DNA from: TPA_inf: Saccharomyces
Lineage: Eukaryota
NCBI GenBank assembly: GCA_000146045.2
Contig: BK006938.2
Span: 992,001-1,056,000 of the forward strand
Direction of reading: 5' to 3'
DNA length: 64,000 nt
Below are positions 22,401-38,549 of the stretch, one piece after another. A program made the translations under genes and the position numbers. The notes under the pieces are model-generated. The model saw only the letters and a list, made by a program, of their open reading frames with translations, was not told the DNA's origin and did not search any database. Positions within the stretch are counted from its first letter, which is position 1. Each line of letters begins with the position of its first letter.

Positions 22401-23702
22401 TCAGGATACTGAATCCGGCTGCCAATCCAATCCTAATCTTTGGTAAACTTGTGCCTGACATTGCGACCATATCGTAGCCTTTTCTTCTTTAGATAAGCTG
22501 ACTTTGTTTTTTCCCTGTTGATTTGTTGCGGCGCTTGATCTCATCATCAATTCATCAAGGTTATTATTGGGGTTTTTCAACTGAATGTTCTTCAATAAAG
22601 CCTTTTTCAGAAGCGATTTTGTTTCTGTGCTGTTTTTCCGCGGTATTATGCTTGGTGGGGGCATGTCCGGTCTTTTTAAGTTGGACTGTTGTAACTTCCA
22701 TTTCTTATATTCGGAGCATCTTTGTTTGAAATCAAACCTGCATTGTGCCTCTACTGCTATATTTAAGAGGTAATTTTCGATGATATTTCTCCATTCCGGT
22801 TTCGACAAATTCATGACGGCTTCATTTCTACCAGTTATATGCTCATGTCTTTTTCTAGCGGTCGCTACTGTATATTTGGCGCTGGTTAGTTTGAATTCAT
22901 AATCTAAGTTAGCCTCCATGTACAGATCCGAATGGACTAACGTTGCGATTATGGTCTCATCGCTAGAATATAGTGGTAATAATTGTAACCTAAACTGGGG
23001 CATATTATCACCCACCGTTATTACTTCCGGTAGTTGATTACCCCATTCGGGCCTTAACTTCTCGACTATCAATAACGATCTTATATCGTTTAAATCCCAA
23101 TCCAATAACTCTCTCTTGGTAAACTTGGGACGCCCGTTACAGAGAATGTTGGATGGGTCTGCTAATAGAATATCTGGCGAATACATGTCATAAAACGTTT
23201 TGGGTAATGCTTCATCCAGGCTCACTCTCGTGATTAACTTGTGGTTAGGAAATTCGGAGAACGAAGAGTCATTAGTTAGTTGCGTGTGCACAGTAGAGGG
23301 GGCAGAAAATATACTTGATTGATAAGACGAGGCATTATCCGAAAGTAAACTCCCACTTTCAGCCACGCTTGATCTCCTGCTCGCTGAATGCATACTGCTT
23401 GAATGATGTGACCTTCTGCTAGGTGAGGAGGCCAATAATCTTTTTTTAATCTCATCTCTAGCTCTATCAGTGTACTCCGGAGGAGCATTCACAAAGTTCT
23501 CTCTTCTCGAAGAAGTCGTGGATTGAGAGCTACTCATTGATAGTGGCAAACTTTGAAAAGAAGCATTATCACTGCCACTCATCGTGTTTTCCGGAATGGC
23601 CTGTAGGGAGCTTGCAAACCCATGATTACTGTTAGTCGATTCTAATGGACGTCGTTGTAAAACTTGGTTTTTCGAAGTTGCTGGTGGTGGTGAAACAAAC
23701 AT
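22401..23702 (-). CDS. MTH1: MTH1, a glucose-signalling regulator (433 aa).
   Basis: The 433-aa ORF has an S-rich N-terminus. It matches MTH1/STD1 family sequence by recall. Confidence 0.85.
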   Translation of the reverse strand: MFVSPPPATSKNQVLQRRPLESTNSNHGFASSLQAIPENTMSGSDNASFQSLPLSMSSSQSTTSSRRENFVNAPPEYTDRARDEIKKRLLASSPSRRSHHSSSMHSASRRSSVAESGSLLSDNASSYQSSIFSAPSTVHTQLTNDSSFSEFPNHKLITRVSLDEALPKTFYDMYSPDILLADPSNILCNGRPKFTKRELLDWDLNDIRSLLIVEKLRPEWGNQLPEVITVGDNMPQFRLQLLPLYSSDETIIATLVHSDLYMEANLDYEFKLTSAKYTVATARKRHEHITGRNEAVMNLSKPEWRNIIENYLLNIAVEAQCRFDFKQRCSEYKKWKLQQSNLKRPDMPPPSIIPRKNSTETKSLLKKALLKNIQLKNPNNNLDELMMRSSAATNQQGKNKVSLSKEEKATIWSQCQAQVYQRLGLDWQPDSVS

Positions 23703-25206
23703 TCCTTTGAGTGTGTGTACTCTATGCGTTCGAATAAAATTCTCTTTGTATTGCTGCTTGTGGTTTCGCTATTGAGAACTTTCAATATACGTTAAAAAAT
23801 ACTTGGAGTGAAATGAACAAATCTTTTTGTATGTTTCCTTAAGTTATTAAAAAACTCCATGCTGTTTTTTAATAAAAAAAGAAGCAGTTACAGGCGCATT
23901 ACAAAGTTTGAGAAGAAAGGAAAAATGTCATTTGGTTATATAAATTTTTTTTCTTAATGGAGATTGAGGCAGCAATAAAATGTGGGATGAAAAAAAAAAA
24001 AAAAGGCACTTGAATAAGGGGTAGAATGGCAGATATTCCATGTCTACGGTAGTTTCACTGGAGAAATGGACTCGTATTTTCTCTCACGATGAATTTTTCC
24101 ACAAAATTATAAGATGAGGAAATGTGTGGGGCAGTCATCCTAACAAAACTCGCACGGACTCCATTTCCCCGGACCTTTTTCCCGCTTGTTCTAGGGAATA
24201 ATTTCGGAATAATTTTAGGGACTTCATAGTATGACTGGGTTTCAAGGAACGGAAAAACTGGTTAGTACCGCGTTATTCTGCCATTTGCTGATCGTTTTAG
24301 TGGAGGAGCGGAGGAGGGGGCGGGGTGATAACTTTTTTTCCGCTTTACAATAGAGAAAAGTCCAAGTAAGTCTCGGCGTGAGATGGCCTTGATGTTATTA
24401 GTACCGGCGGCTCCCTAATAGTTTACTAATACGCATACCTTATGTCATATTTTTCCATCAAATATTGATCAGTAGAAAACCTTGGCAATGTACATAGAGC
24501 TACACTTTTTTGGATATGGAGTATTAGAGAAAACTGGGTTTGGTGGGCGAAGAGAGATGTTCCCTACCTCCTCAAGAGTCTTCAACTATGAATTTCACAC
24601 CATATCCTTATCTAAACGAACTATGGGGTGGTCAGCTAACGCAAGTATTGAATTCTTTCTCTTAAAGTACCCCTAAGTTGAAGAATTCATTTTAATCTTC
24701 CTTGCTTTGTCCCCCCCCCCTAGAAGCATAGTTTTGTCTTAACGCTGTAACGGTCTTGTATGCTTATTTTGGTGGTAGGGATCGGTTTGCACCTTGGAAA
24801 TGCTATGTTTACTTTATTAAAAAAATAATTAGTTTTCCTCCAAAACGTAAACAAATATAAGTTTGAGAGACAAAGAAAAGAATGAAAGAGTCTTATATAT
24901 ATATAAGTTAGCTGGTAGCATAACCATTTTTCTCGACTTATTTATAAAACATTCGACATACTTCCATATTTCAAGCATTAATATGAGACCTAGAATTTTT
25001 TCAAGCTAACTTATGTACATTGTAGTTATATGATGAGGAAAAATGTACACAACAGCTTGTGCTGTTTATTCCCATCGTATGTTGCGGTAATGCAAACAGC
25101 AATAGAAAAAAAATTGATATAAGAAGAATATGACTAGTAGCATCACAGTGAAACAGTAACGGTAAATGAATCAGCATGTGAATTTTTCTAGAAAATAAAA
25201 AAGAAA

Positions 25207-25278
25207 CTCCGAAGCGGGGAGTCGAACCCCGGTCTCCACGGTGAGAACGTGATGTGATAGCCGTTACACTACATCGGA
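25207..25278 (-). tRNA. tE(CUC): tRNA-Glu (anticodon CUC), 72 nt. A T-rich Pol III terminator lies just 3' of it (lower coordinates).
   Basis: The minus strand reads TCCGATGTAGTGTAACGGCTATCACATCACGTTCTCACCGTGGAGACCGGGGTTCGACTCCCCGCTTCGGAG. The anticodon loop is TTCTCAC (CUC). The B box is GGTTCGACTCC. Confidence 0.92.
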
Positions 25279-25688
25279 TTGTACCTTGGTGATAGTTTGA
25301 CCTAAAAGAAACGTTCATTATGTAATGAAGAAAGCCAATTATTCGGTCGCAAATCAAGGTTCTGTTAGGGAATATGATTTTCTTTGACTCTCAATGAGTT
25401 CTCTTATGACTATTTAGGGGCTAAATTATTTGTTATGGCAATATTATTAGGTAGGAAAGATACGACTTTACTGAAATTGTTGGAAATACAAAAAGGAGCA
25501 GATCATTCCACATAATGATATCATTATTCCCTCTTTCATTTAAAAAATCACCGTTTTTATTTTATTAATTATCAGTCTCTGCATTTTCAGATTCTGTTAA
25601 ATTTGATAAATGTTTTTCGCCGTTTATAAAGTATTTTTGCATCATGTATGATAATGTATTAGTAATATGAAAACTGGTGTTATTAATA

Positions 25689-26516
25689 ATCAGTGGTCAG
25701 GATGTAGTATTAGTTTGGAATAAAAGCAAATCTCCTCATGCTATATAAGAGGAATATAGAAAATACAGGCCAGTTGTTCTTATTAAACATGAACATAATA
25801 GTGGGTCTAGCAGTTACTATACATTTAAATTGGCGACTACTATTATTCGTACATTCGACTATAGCAGTATTTCCAATTAATGGATCTTTAACTCAGCTAT
25901 TATACTGTTTGAGTTCCTCGTTTAACATTTCCCTGTCCAACAGGGACTTAAAAGTATGTAGGGTTTGCATTAATATACAGTAGAGACACTTAAATTGTTA
26001 CTATAGTAACTCAAGTTACTATTCGTGAGAATATTGACTTATTATTCTTCATGAATAGTCGATTAGTAATCAAATGAAGTAATCAGATGTGCAATGCGTC
26101 TTTAATGTTTCAGACTGGAGAATGATACGTAGCTACATAATAATCTGGGTACAGTAAACTCAATGATCTATTACCTGAATGATTAATCTGATGCTTGCAA
26201 TATAACAATTCATCTCGTGACATTAACCATAAGAATTACTCTCATCATTGCTATATCGGCAAGGTTTAATATGTCCAGTCGGAGTGTATTTTATATCTCT
26301 TTCTTTTAGAATAAGAATATCTGCTTTTATTCTTAATCAATACTACAACCTAACTACTAACTATCAACACTGTTAATTACGATTCGCTCCAACAAATTTG
26401 GTTTTGTGGATTCTTAAATTCTCGAGAAAAACTTCTAATATATCTTGTATACCAGATACTGTAGCCTTTAGCAACGATAGAATACGAACAGTTCTCTTAA
26501 AATTCGCCTATTTCTC
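25689..26516. repeat. Block of degenerate Ty LTR-derived sequence upstream of tE(CUC). It includes a delta-like U5 segment on the + strand at ~26418-26516.
   Basis: The region is AT-rich and devoid of ORFs. A minus-strand unit reads TGTTGATAGTTAGTAG... at 26377 and runs to ...TTATTCCAAAC near 25720. A + strand segment TCTCGAGAAAAACTTCTAATATATCTTGTATACC...CTATTTCTCA resembles delta CCTCGAGGAGAACTTCTAGTATATCTACATACC...CCATTTCTCA. Confidence 0.5.
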
Positions 26517-27367
26517 ATACCGTTGCAGATATAACTAAAGTATTGACATTCAGTGACATCTGGCGCTGATATCATTATTTAACACACGTATGTTTGCGTG
26601 GCATTGTCATTTTTAAGAGCAGAGAAAGAAACAATGAGCTACTTGAGTGTGACAAGTTGAAAAGTCCACCAATTTCACGTTGAATTAGGATTCATATATG
26701 AAATTCTAGTCATTAATTAGAATTGTAAGTTTCTGAGCTTTTTTTTCCTAGTAAATTAAACTTGTCTAATACATCCAGTTGTGATGTATTCTATATCTCA
26801 GTTCTACAGTAGCACGAAGTTTCCCGGCCTCTCTATTCAATAAATTCAGCTATCGCTGATTATCAACAGCAGCAACGAATAAAGCATAAAAGAACAGAAA
26901 AATTCTTCTACAAATTTATTCTGTAAAGATTCAGCTTCTTTCGTGAATTTCTAAGTTCATGAGGGGAATTTAAGTATGGCGTTTCTTCGTAGCGCCATTG
27001 TCTTGAGCCAAAATGGAACTCTAAAAATTTTCACGACATTTTACTAGTCAGTAAAGTGAGCATATACATATAAGAAGAAATTTCAAAAGGTAAAAAATGG
27101 AGCAACTTCCAGCTCATTATCTTTTCAATGTTGTCGATGCCATAGTTGGATTATGAAATCTCATATTCATAACCACAACGCGTTTTTTTCCTTTTAAGGC
27201 ACTACAGACTCCATTCTCACAAGTTTGTCAAAAGCACGAGCGCGATGAGAATTAAAGTCAGATCTGGTTAATGATTCTGGTACAACAGCAGAAACAAATC
27301 GAGTACAAATTTAATCTTATTCTGTCGCAATAGTTGACTTTCTTTTCTGGCCTCTCGAACAAAAAGC

Positions 27368-28420
27368 ATGACCGTTTCCAACATTGGGGGGGAAGAACGA
27401 CTAATAATTTTACCAGACGATTATGAAACTTCGAAAACTATAAACACTTTTACACTGCCGCCACCTTCCAATATTACATCCAAACCTCGTATCGAGCTCT
27501 TCGAAAATATTAATGGAAAACTTTACGAAATAAGATCTTTTCAATTCGGCAAAGGGCCCTCGTATTCACATGAGGAAGATTTGGCAAATGATAAATATCA
27601 CTATACTAAGGAAAATCACCCGATCAAATCAACTTTCATTGTAAATACGTCTGATCCCACCGATGGTTATGTTTTTAACTCAAGCAAAATACACTTTTGT
27701 TCTTTATACGATATTGCTTTTAGTTTGATTGGATTTTACTATAGAAACAGTGTTTCAGCAGATGAACAAGATTACTCCAATTCAAGTGATACTGGTGAAA
27801 ACCAAAAAAGCAACAGCAAAACCAATGAGAAATTTCTTACGGTGCGTGATTACCATGATTTCTTAACGGATAACCATGACAAGAATTGGGAAAACATTTC
27901 TTTAAGTCGTCTCAAGAGTGGCTTAGCAAAAGTTAGTGAAACCATTGAGGAAGCTGGTGACGTCTATTACAAGATCACATCTGCAATGATAACACAATTT
28001 TTGTTAGGCAAGGTATCAAAAATTGTAGAAAACTTTCCTCCAAGTATCCCTACACTTAAAAATGCCCCAACGGAAATAAAACAGTGCTACAAGGTAGTTA
28101 TGGCTACAAATCTTTTAGTTTCCCTGATTCCAAGGGCGGCCTACCATAATTTACTTACCTTTTCACCTACAATGGATAGTGGTTGCCTAAATCCGGATAT
28201 AAAAGCTAGCTTCATAGAACTCGAAAACTACGAGACTACGAACGAATTACAGAATGCTGAAAGAGAATTACTGATGAAAAGTGCCATGAATGTAGGCCTA
28301 AATTCGAATGGCAGGGTTTCATTGCCAGTGAAAAAAGTTACCAAAAAAATAGTTCAAAATAAAAAACCAAAAGTAGCCATAGGAAAAGGGGCCATTGATG
28401 GATTTTTTAAACGTAAGTAG
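27368..28420 (+). CDS. RNH202: RNH202, RNase H2 subunit B (350 aa).
   Basis: The length is 350 aa and the position is syntenic. Confidence 0.75.
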   Translation: MTVSNIGGEERLIILPDDYETSKTINTFTLPPPSNITSKPRIELFENINGKLYEIRSFQFGKGPSYSHEEDLANDKYHYTKENHPIKSTFIVNTSDPTDGYVFNSSKIHFCSLYDIAFSLIGFYYRNSVSADEQDYSNSSDTGENQKSNSKTNEKFLTVRDYHDFLTDNHDKNWENISLSRLKSGLAKVSETIEEAGDVYYKITSAMITQFLLGKVSKIVENFPPSIPTLKNAPTEIKQCYKVVMATNLLVSLIPRAAYHNLLTFSPTMDSGCLNPDIKASFIELENYETTNELQNAERELLMKSAMNVGLNSNGRVSLPVKKVTKKIVQNKKPKVAIGKGAIDGFFKRK

Positions 28421-28746
28421 CTAGTATCATAATTAAACAGCAATTTGAATGCTATAACTCGGTGGTGATGACCTCAGTGCGAGATAATTACACAATATTG
28501 TCACTACCAACGAATGGGCTACCTTTTTTTTCCTTTCTCGAATTCAAGAAAAAATTAACAACTTTTCCCTCGATGATGTTAACAAATGTCTGAATATAAA
28601 GGAATAGGAAACGGTTGCTAGATTGTATTTACCTTACCAACTTTCAAGTTTTTTTTCTAACTTCCTAACTTTCAGTCTCGATACATTAATCAACAGGACG
28701 TAGTGATTGCAAAATTGTTCAGAATATACATTAGATTAAAAGACAA

Positions 28747-29664
28747 ATGGCCAAAGACATTGAGATATCCGCATCCGAGTCAAAATTTATCTTAGAAGCA
28801 CTGAGACAGAATTATAGGTTGGACGGCCGCTCCTTTGATCAATTTCGTGACGTGGAAATAACGTTTGGTAAAGAATTTGGTGATGTTAGCGTAAAAATGG
28901 GCAACACCAAAGTTCACTGCAGGATTAGTTGTCAAATAGCACAACCATACGAAGACAGGCCATTTGAAGGATTATTTGTAATATCTACAGAAATATCTCC
29001 TATGGCTGGTTCTCAATTTGAAAATGGAAATATCACGGGGGAAGATGAAGTTTTATGTTCAAGAATAATTGAAAAATCTGTTAGGCGGTCGGGCGCATTG
29101 GACGTGGAAGGACTATGTATCGTTGCTGGCAGTAAATGCTGGGCTGTGAGAGCTGATGTACATTTCCTGGATTGTGATGGTGGATTTATTGACGCTTCGT
29201 GTATTGCCGTCATGGCAGGATTGATGCATTTTAAGAAACCAGATATAACTGTCCATGGCGAGCAGATCATTGTTCATCCTGTTAATGAAAGAGAGCCAGT
29301 TCCACTAGGTATACTGCATATTCCAATATGTGTAACTTTTTCTTTCTTCAATCCTCAAGACACCGAGGAAAACATAAAAGGTGAGACTAACTCAGAAATT
29401 TCCATCATTGATGCAACATTGAAAGAGGAACTACTGCGAGATGGTGTATTGACGGTTACGCTAAACAAAAACCGTGAAGTGGTACAAGTTTCCAAAGCGG
29501 GTGGTTTACCAATGGATGCGTTGACGCTAATGAAATGTTGTCACGAGGCTTACAGCATTATTGAGAAAATAACTGATCAAATACTGCAGCTTTTAAAGGA
29601 GGATTCAGAAAAGAGAAACAAGTATGCAGCCATGCTTACATCTGAAAATGCCCGCGAGATCTAA
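28747..29664 (+). CDS. RRP45: RRP45, an exosome RNase PH-like subunit (305 aa).
   Basis: An RNase PH-fold protein of 305 aa. Confidence 0.8.
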   Translation: MAKDIEISASESKFILEALRQNYRLDGRSFDQFRDVEITFGKEFGDVSVKMGNTKVHCRISCQIAQPYEDRPFEGLFVISTEISPMAGSQFENGNITGEDEVLCSRIIEKSVRRSGALDVEGLCIVAGSKCWAVRADVHFLDCDGGFIDASCIAVMAGLMHFKKPDITVHGEQIIVHPVNEREPVPLGILHIPICVTFSFFNPQDTEENIKGETNSEISIIDATLKEELLRDGVLTVTLNKNREVVQVSKAGGLPMDALTLMKCCHEAYSIIEKITDQILQLLKEDSEKRNKYAAMLTSENAREI

Positions 29665-30006
29665 TATTAACGAAAAAACTGAAATAAAAGCAACGCTTAT
29701 ACATATACATGCATGCATTAATATATGTATATATATCGGTACGTATAGATTGTAAAATTACACTTACTACTAAAGGCAGTATGAAAGACGCCCGCAGTTT
29801 TTTTCCTACTGTTTTCTTGACTGCGGTGTTCAAAAACATAAAAATCATTAAATTACTATAAAACAAACGCATACTGCGAAGAAAAAAGGCTCGGCTATAA
29901 ATGCATATGAGAAAATATTATCTTTTGCCTCCCTGCTTAATTTCTGAAGGCATGTACTATCCAAAAGAAAAATCTTGAAAGAAAACAAATCCCATTATTC
30001 TTATTA

Positions 30007-30321
30007 TTAAAACAAAAACTTCGTCATCGTCATCACATAAAAAAGACCTACCATTGTCAAACTGTACAACAGCAACACAATAATAATGACGATGATGAGT
30101 TCCTCGAGAAACCCTAGAACGGCGTTATAACACTGTTTGAGGGTATTACTTTTTCCACTACTCTCGTGGCGCGGAAGACCTGCTTCCAAATCTACTGTGT
30201 AATCAATACACTTAACCTCCTCTCTCTCCCCTTGTGCGTCAGAAAACTCTGCCTGTCTTATTTCCTTCTCCTGTTGTCCTATTTTCAGTACATCATCGAT
30301 GCACCTCGAGGTATCTTCCAT
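30007..30321 (-). CDS. PHM6: PHM6, a phosphate-metabolism membrane protein (104 aa).
   Basis: The 104-aa ORF has a C-terminal transmembrane segment. It lies in the PHO-regulated neighbourhood of the synteny block. Confidence 0.7.
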   Translation of the reverse strand: MEDTSRCIDDVLKIGQQEKEIRQAEFSDAQGEREEVKCIDYTVDLEAGLPRHESSGKSNTLKQCYNAVLGFLEELIIVIIIVLLLYSLTMVGLFYVMTMTKFLF

Positions 30322-30594
30322 CTTGGTGTCAGGTTGAAAAACAATTGCTGTCGTTTTTTTTTAGTTCAACAAGTTTGGTATGGCAGTTGACAAAAATTCT
30401 ATTTGGGCTGCAATGAATCAAAGTGTACAAACATCTGGTGAAATCGTTCAAGTTTTATACTGAATAGAAAACAAAAGATAAGGTTCTGCGCATCGCAAAT
30501 AATAAATTACTAGCGCGCCATACAAGAGACGAGTCTATTTTTTTCCGCCAGACGACACAAAAAAGAACCCGTGCAAATATTATATCCCACCTCC

Positions 30595-30600
30595 CACGTG
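30595..30600. promoter_or_regulatory. Pho4-type E-box (CACGTG; the high-affinity CACGTGG form on the minus strand) in the PHM6 promoter.
   Basis: The + strand reads CCCACGTGTC. It lies ~275 bp upstream of the PHM6 ATG. Confidence 0.5.
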
Positions 30601-31136
30601 TCAGCGAAGCTCGGAACTGCGTAACATTATAGGGCAGAACATCCAAATGGAAAAAGTAATAACACTATTTGCGATGTTAGTGGCCATCCTGCGTCGTTCG
30701 GATAGGTTAGGACGGGCTGATGAATATACGGGTGTAATAAAAATGACACCACGTTATCAGGGTTTTCATGACAGTGCAAACTAATATATGTCATATTATT
30801 TTAAGTGGGCTCATTTATTTACATGTTTATTTTTTATTGTAATTTGCGTATGTATCATTACACGCTAATGCACATTTGCACGTTCTAATAATGAAGGTCG
30901 TCCGTCATAAGCAATTAGGAAATGAGAAATCTTGATTTTATCGCTAAAAAACGCTTTCTCTTGTGGCAGGAGCAGATCTCTTACATATGTAGTTATTTAG
31001 TCGCTTCTAAGAGCCAGATCAGGTGCGTGGATTCATATAATATCCCTTTTTCAATAACAACGTTATAAGGAAACGTTGGGTAAAAGAATATTAATTACTG
31101 AGTGGAACTTTTTCTCATTGTTCTGTGTATATACAA

Positions 31137-31477
31137 TGTTGTATCTCAAAATGAGATATGTCAGTATGACAATACGTCATCCTAAACGTTCATAAAACAC
31201 ATATGAAACAACCTTATAACAAAACGAACAACATGAGATAAAACACGGCCTTCCCTAGCTGAACTACCCAAACGTATAAATGCTTGAACAATCAGTTTAG
31301 ATCCGAGATTCCGCGCTTCCACCACTTAGTATGATTCATATTTTATATAATACATAAGATAAGTAACATTCCGTGAATTAATCTGATAAACCGTTTTGAC
31401 AACTGGTTACTTCCCTAAGACTGTTTATATCAGGATTGTCAAGACACTCCGGTATTACTCGAGCCCGTAATACAACA
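31137..31477 (+). repeat. Solo Ty3 LTR (sigma), 341 bp, with an intact 5-bp target-site duplication TACAA/TACAA.
   Basis: The sequence runs TGTTGTATCTCAAAATGAGATATGTCAGTATGACAATACG...CGAGCCCGTAATACAACA. The flanks are tacaa at 31132-31136 and tacaa at 31478-31482. Confidence 0.93.
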
Positions 31478-31510
31478 TACAAAAGTAACTCTTATTTACA
31501 AAAAAATCTC

Positions 31511-32755
31511 TTACTTTGTAGCATCTAGATCATCATTCGTGGGTTCTGAGCAGTAGGAAGAATATTTCTGGTAGAAATGATAAATTTCAAAGCACAGTTC
31601 GAAAGCAATCAGGTATATAATTATCCATTCCAAAAAAGTGCTGTTTCTCTCGTTTAAAAGAGAGATGAGGGCTCGACACTCGTCCGTAGAATAGTCCAGC
31701 TTGCTGTTCAGAATATTTATTCTTGGGCCTATGTCCAAATACCTCGAAACATTTTTAAAAATCTCTTCCAATTGAGGTTCACTCCAATAAAGATCAGGGG
31801 TCTCAATTAGTTCTGAATAGAGGTTCAACTTTCCTCTAATTAGAAAAAGGCGGCCTATTGACTTTAATGCATCACTTGACCTTAGATTTAACTTTGTTCC
31901 CTTAGAAATATTTTCTGTTATTGTTCTGGTCTTTGATATATGTTTTTCCATTGCTTCTTCTAGGACTGCCAAGTTGGTGCTTCTCGATAGCCCACTTGAG
32001 AATGCCGCCTTATCTAGCATTCCTTGATCAGAATCCAAGGAGTTAATTATTATCAAATCTCCAGAAAGAAAGCTTTCGCATGCAATTCTCGGTGTTACCT
32101 TATTATCCAAACTGGAAAGCTTATCAAAATCTTGTTCCCCTTCTATTTCCACATAATCCATGTCCTCAGTCTCAAAGTCTTCTCCGTTCAGTGGATTTAA
32201 ACTCGCTGCTTTAACTATAGGCACTATGCAGTTTCGAACACTAGATTCACTGAAGCCCCAGCTTACAATAGATCCATTTTGACCTAAAATCATTACGTCA
32301 CCTTTATTGCCATTATCCTGATAACTAAATGACACGATTTCATCAGGTATCAAATTTGTCGGTTGTAATCCTTGCATAGTAAGCAATTTCATGCATCTTT
32401 TGAGATCATAACCCTCTCCGGTGGTAATGGTGATACAACTCTTCACTTTTAAGTGATCTTTACTTAAAGAATCCTCCAGAATATCACGTCCATTCTCCTG
32501 CTTTCTGTGGTTTGGCACAAAACTTCGTCTCAAATAGCGAGTAGAATTCTTCGGGTTTTTAAGCATCTTCATTGTCTTGATATTCGTATCCACTGACTTG
32601 TGTTCCCTATTGGTCTTCTTCTCTGTAGCTAGTTTACCTTTCCAACGGCCATCTTGCACTTCTAAATTCTGTATTGATAAACTAGTTCCTAACCGTCTAA
32701 TTTGGAATCGTGATACGAAACCGAATGTGCTAGTCAAACTTCTGAATGAAAGCAT
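31511..32755 (-). CDS. YDR282C: YDR282C (MRX10-like) mitochondrial protein (414 aa).
   Basis: The 414-aa ORF sits at the syntenic position before GCN2. Confidence 0.75.
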   Translation of the reverse strand: MLSFRSLTSTFGFVSRFQIRRLGTSLSIQNLEVQDGRWKGKLATEKKTNREHKSVDTNIKTMKMLKNPKNSTRYLRRSFVPNHRKQENGRDILEDSLSKDHLKVKSCITITTGEGYDLKRCMKLLTMQGLQPTNLIPDEIVSFSYQDNGNKGDVMILGQNGSIVSWGFSESSVRNCIVPIVKAASLNPLNGEDFETEDMDYVEIEGEQDFDKLSSLDNKVTPRIACESFLSGDLIIINSLDSDQGMLDKAAFSSGLSRSTNLAVLEEAMEKHISKTRTITENISKGTKLNLRSSDALKSIGRLFLIRGKLNLYSELIETPDLYWSEPQLEEIFKNVSRYLDIGPRINILNSKLDYSTDECRALISLLNERNSTFLEWIIIYLIAFELCFEIYHFYQKYSSYCSEPTNDDLDATK

Positions 32756-33069
32756 TCTTCACGCCATATTATGATCATTTATTAAATGTCTCCCGTAGGA
32801 GCTAGAGGAGCCTCACACAACATACGCACACATTTATATTCACCGAAAAATTAAATACAAAATGGAAAGTAGAGAAAGGAGAGAAGAAGTAGACCATCTC
32901 ATTAAACCTACATTTGTCTTTAGTATCAGGAATATGTATAAGAAAGGTGACCTACCCCCTTTACAACGGTGAATTAGATGAATCAGCTAGCCTAAATATA
33001 GTATCTAAGACATTGTATATACTTTACCTTTAACTGATGCGTTATAGCGCCGCACAGATCTTTAAAGGC

Positions 33070-38049
<4,980 letters not shown>

Positions 38050-38549
38050 TTATACATAGTATGTGTTAAGGGGAACGGAAAATTATTGAAAAAAAAAATC
38101 AATGCTTATAAAATCTTAAAAGACAACGAGGCTTTCCAACAATGTAAAGATTGAAAATTTAGTGTATTTAATGTCCTTTTGTAATGAAAATAACTTCTTG
38201 TAAGAAAGAAGATAGAGATAAATGTAAAAGTAAATTTGCTTAAAAAGATTCTAGGCTGTTTATAGATTGATTACACCAGGTTCTTATCTCAAAAATCAGC
38301 TACTCAACTGCTTCCTAAGAAACTACCTACATCACTATAGTCCAACTTAAAACAAATAATAAACTTCTAAGGCTTTCGTGTAAAGTGATGTTGGGATTGT
38401 CCGATGAAATAACAAGCAGGCCCTTGCACGTCAAGATTAATTTGAATAAAGAAGTAACATGTCATCTTTATGTAATCGCTGTTATTCCATACAGAACAAT
38501 AAATACGTATATTTCGTATGTCATGTGGAGTATATATTCTTTTTTATTC

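Noticed and set aside
25738-25983. 81-aa ORF inside the LTR-debris block upstream of tE(CUC).
   Set aside because: It lies within degenerate retrotransposon LTR sequence. Its low-complexity hydrophobic translation is typical of AT-rich non-coding DNA.
30781-30840. ARS consensus (WTTTAYRTTTW) candidates, for example ATTTATTTACATGTTTATTTT at ~30810 and TTTTATGTATTT at ~53390.
   Set aside because: Only 10/11 matches were found by eye. Without an exhaustive scan and B-element context an origin cannot be called.
30400-31136. Search for a tRNA gene on the left flank of the sigma element.
   Set aside because: No B box (GGTTCGANTCC) or A box in correct spacing was seen. No acceptor/T-arm complementarity was found. 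Only a distant T6 run on the minus strand was noted.
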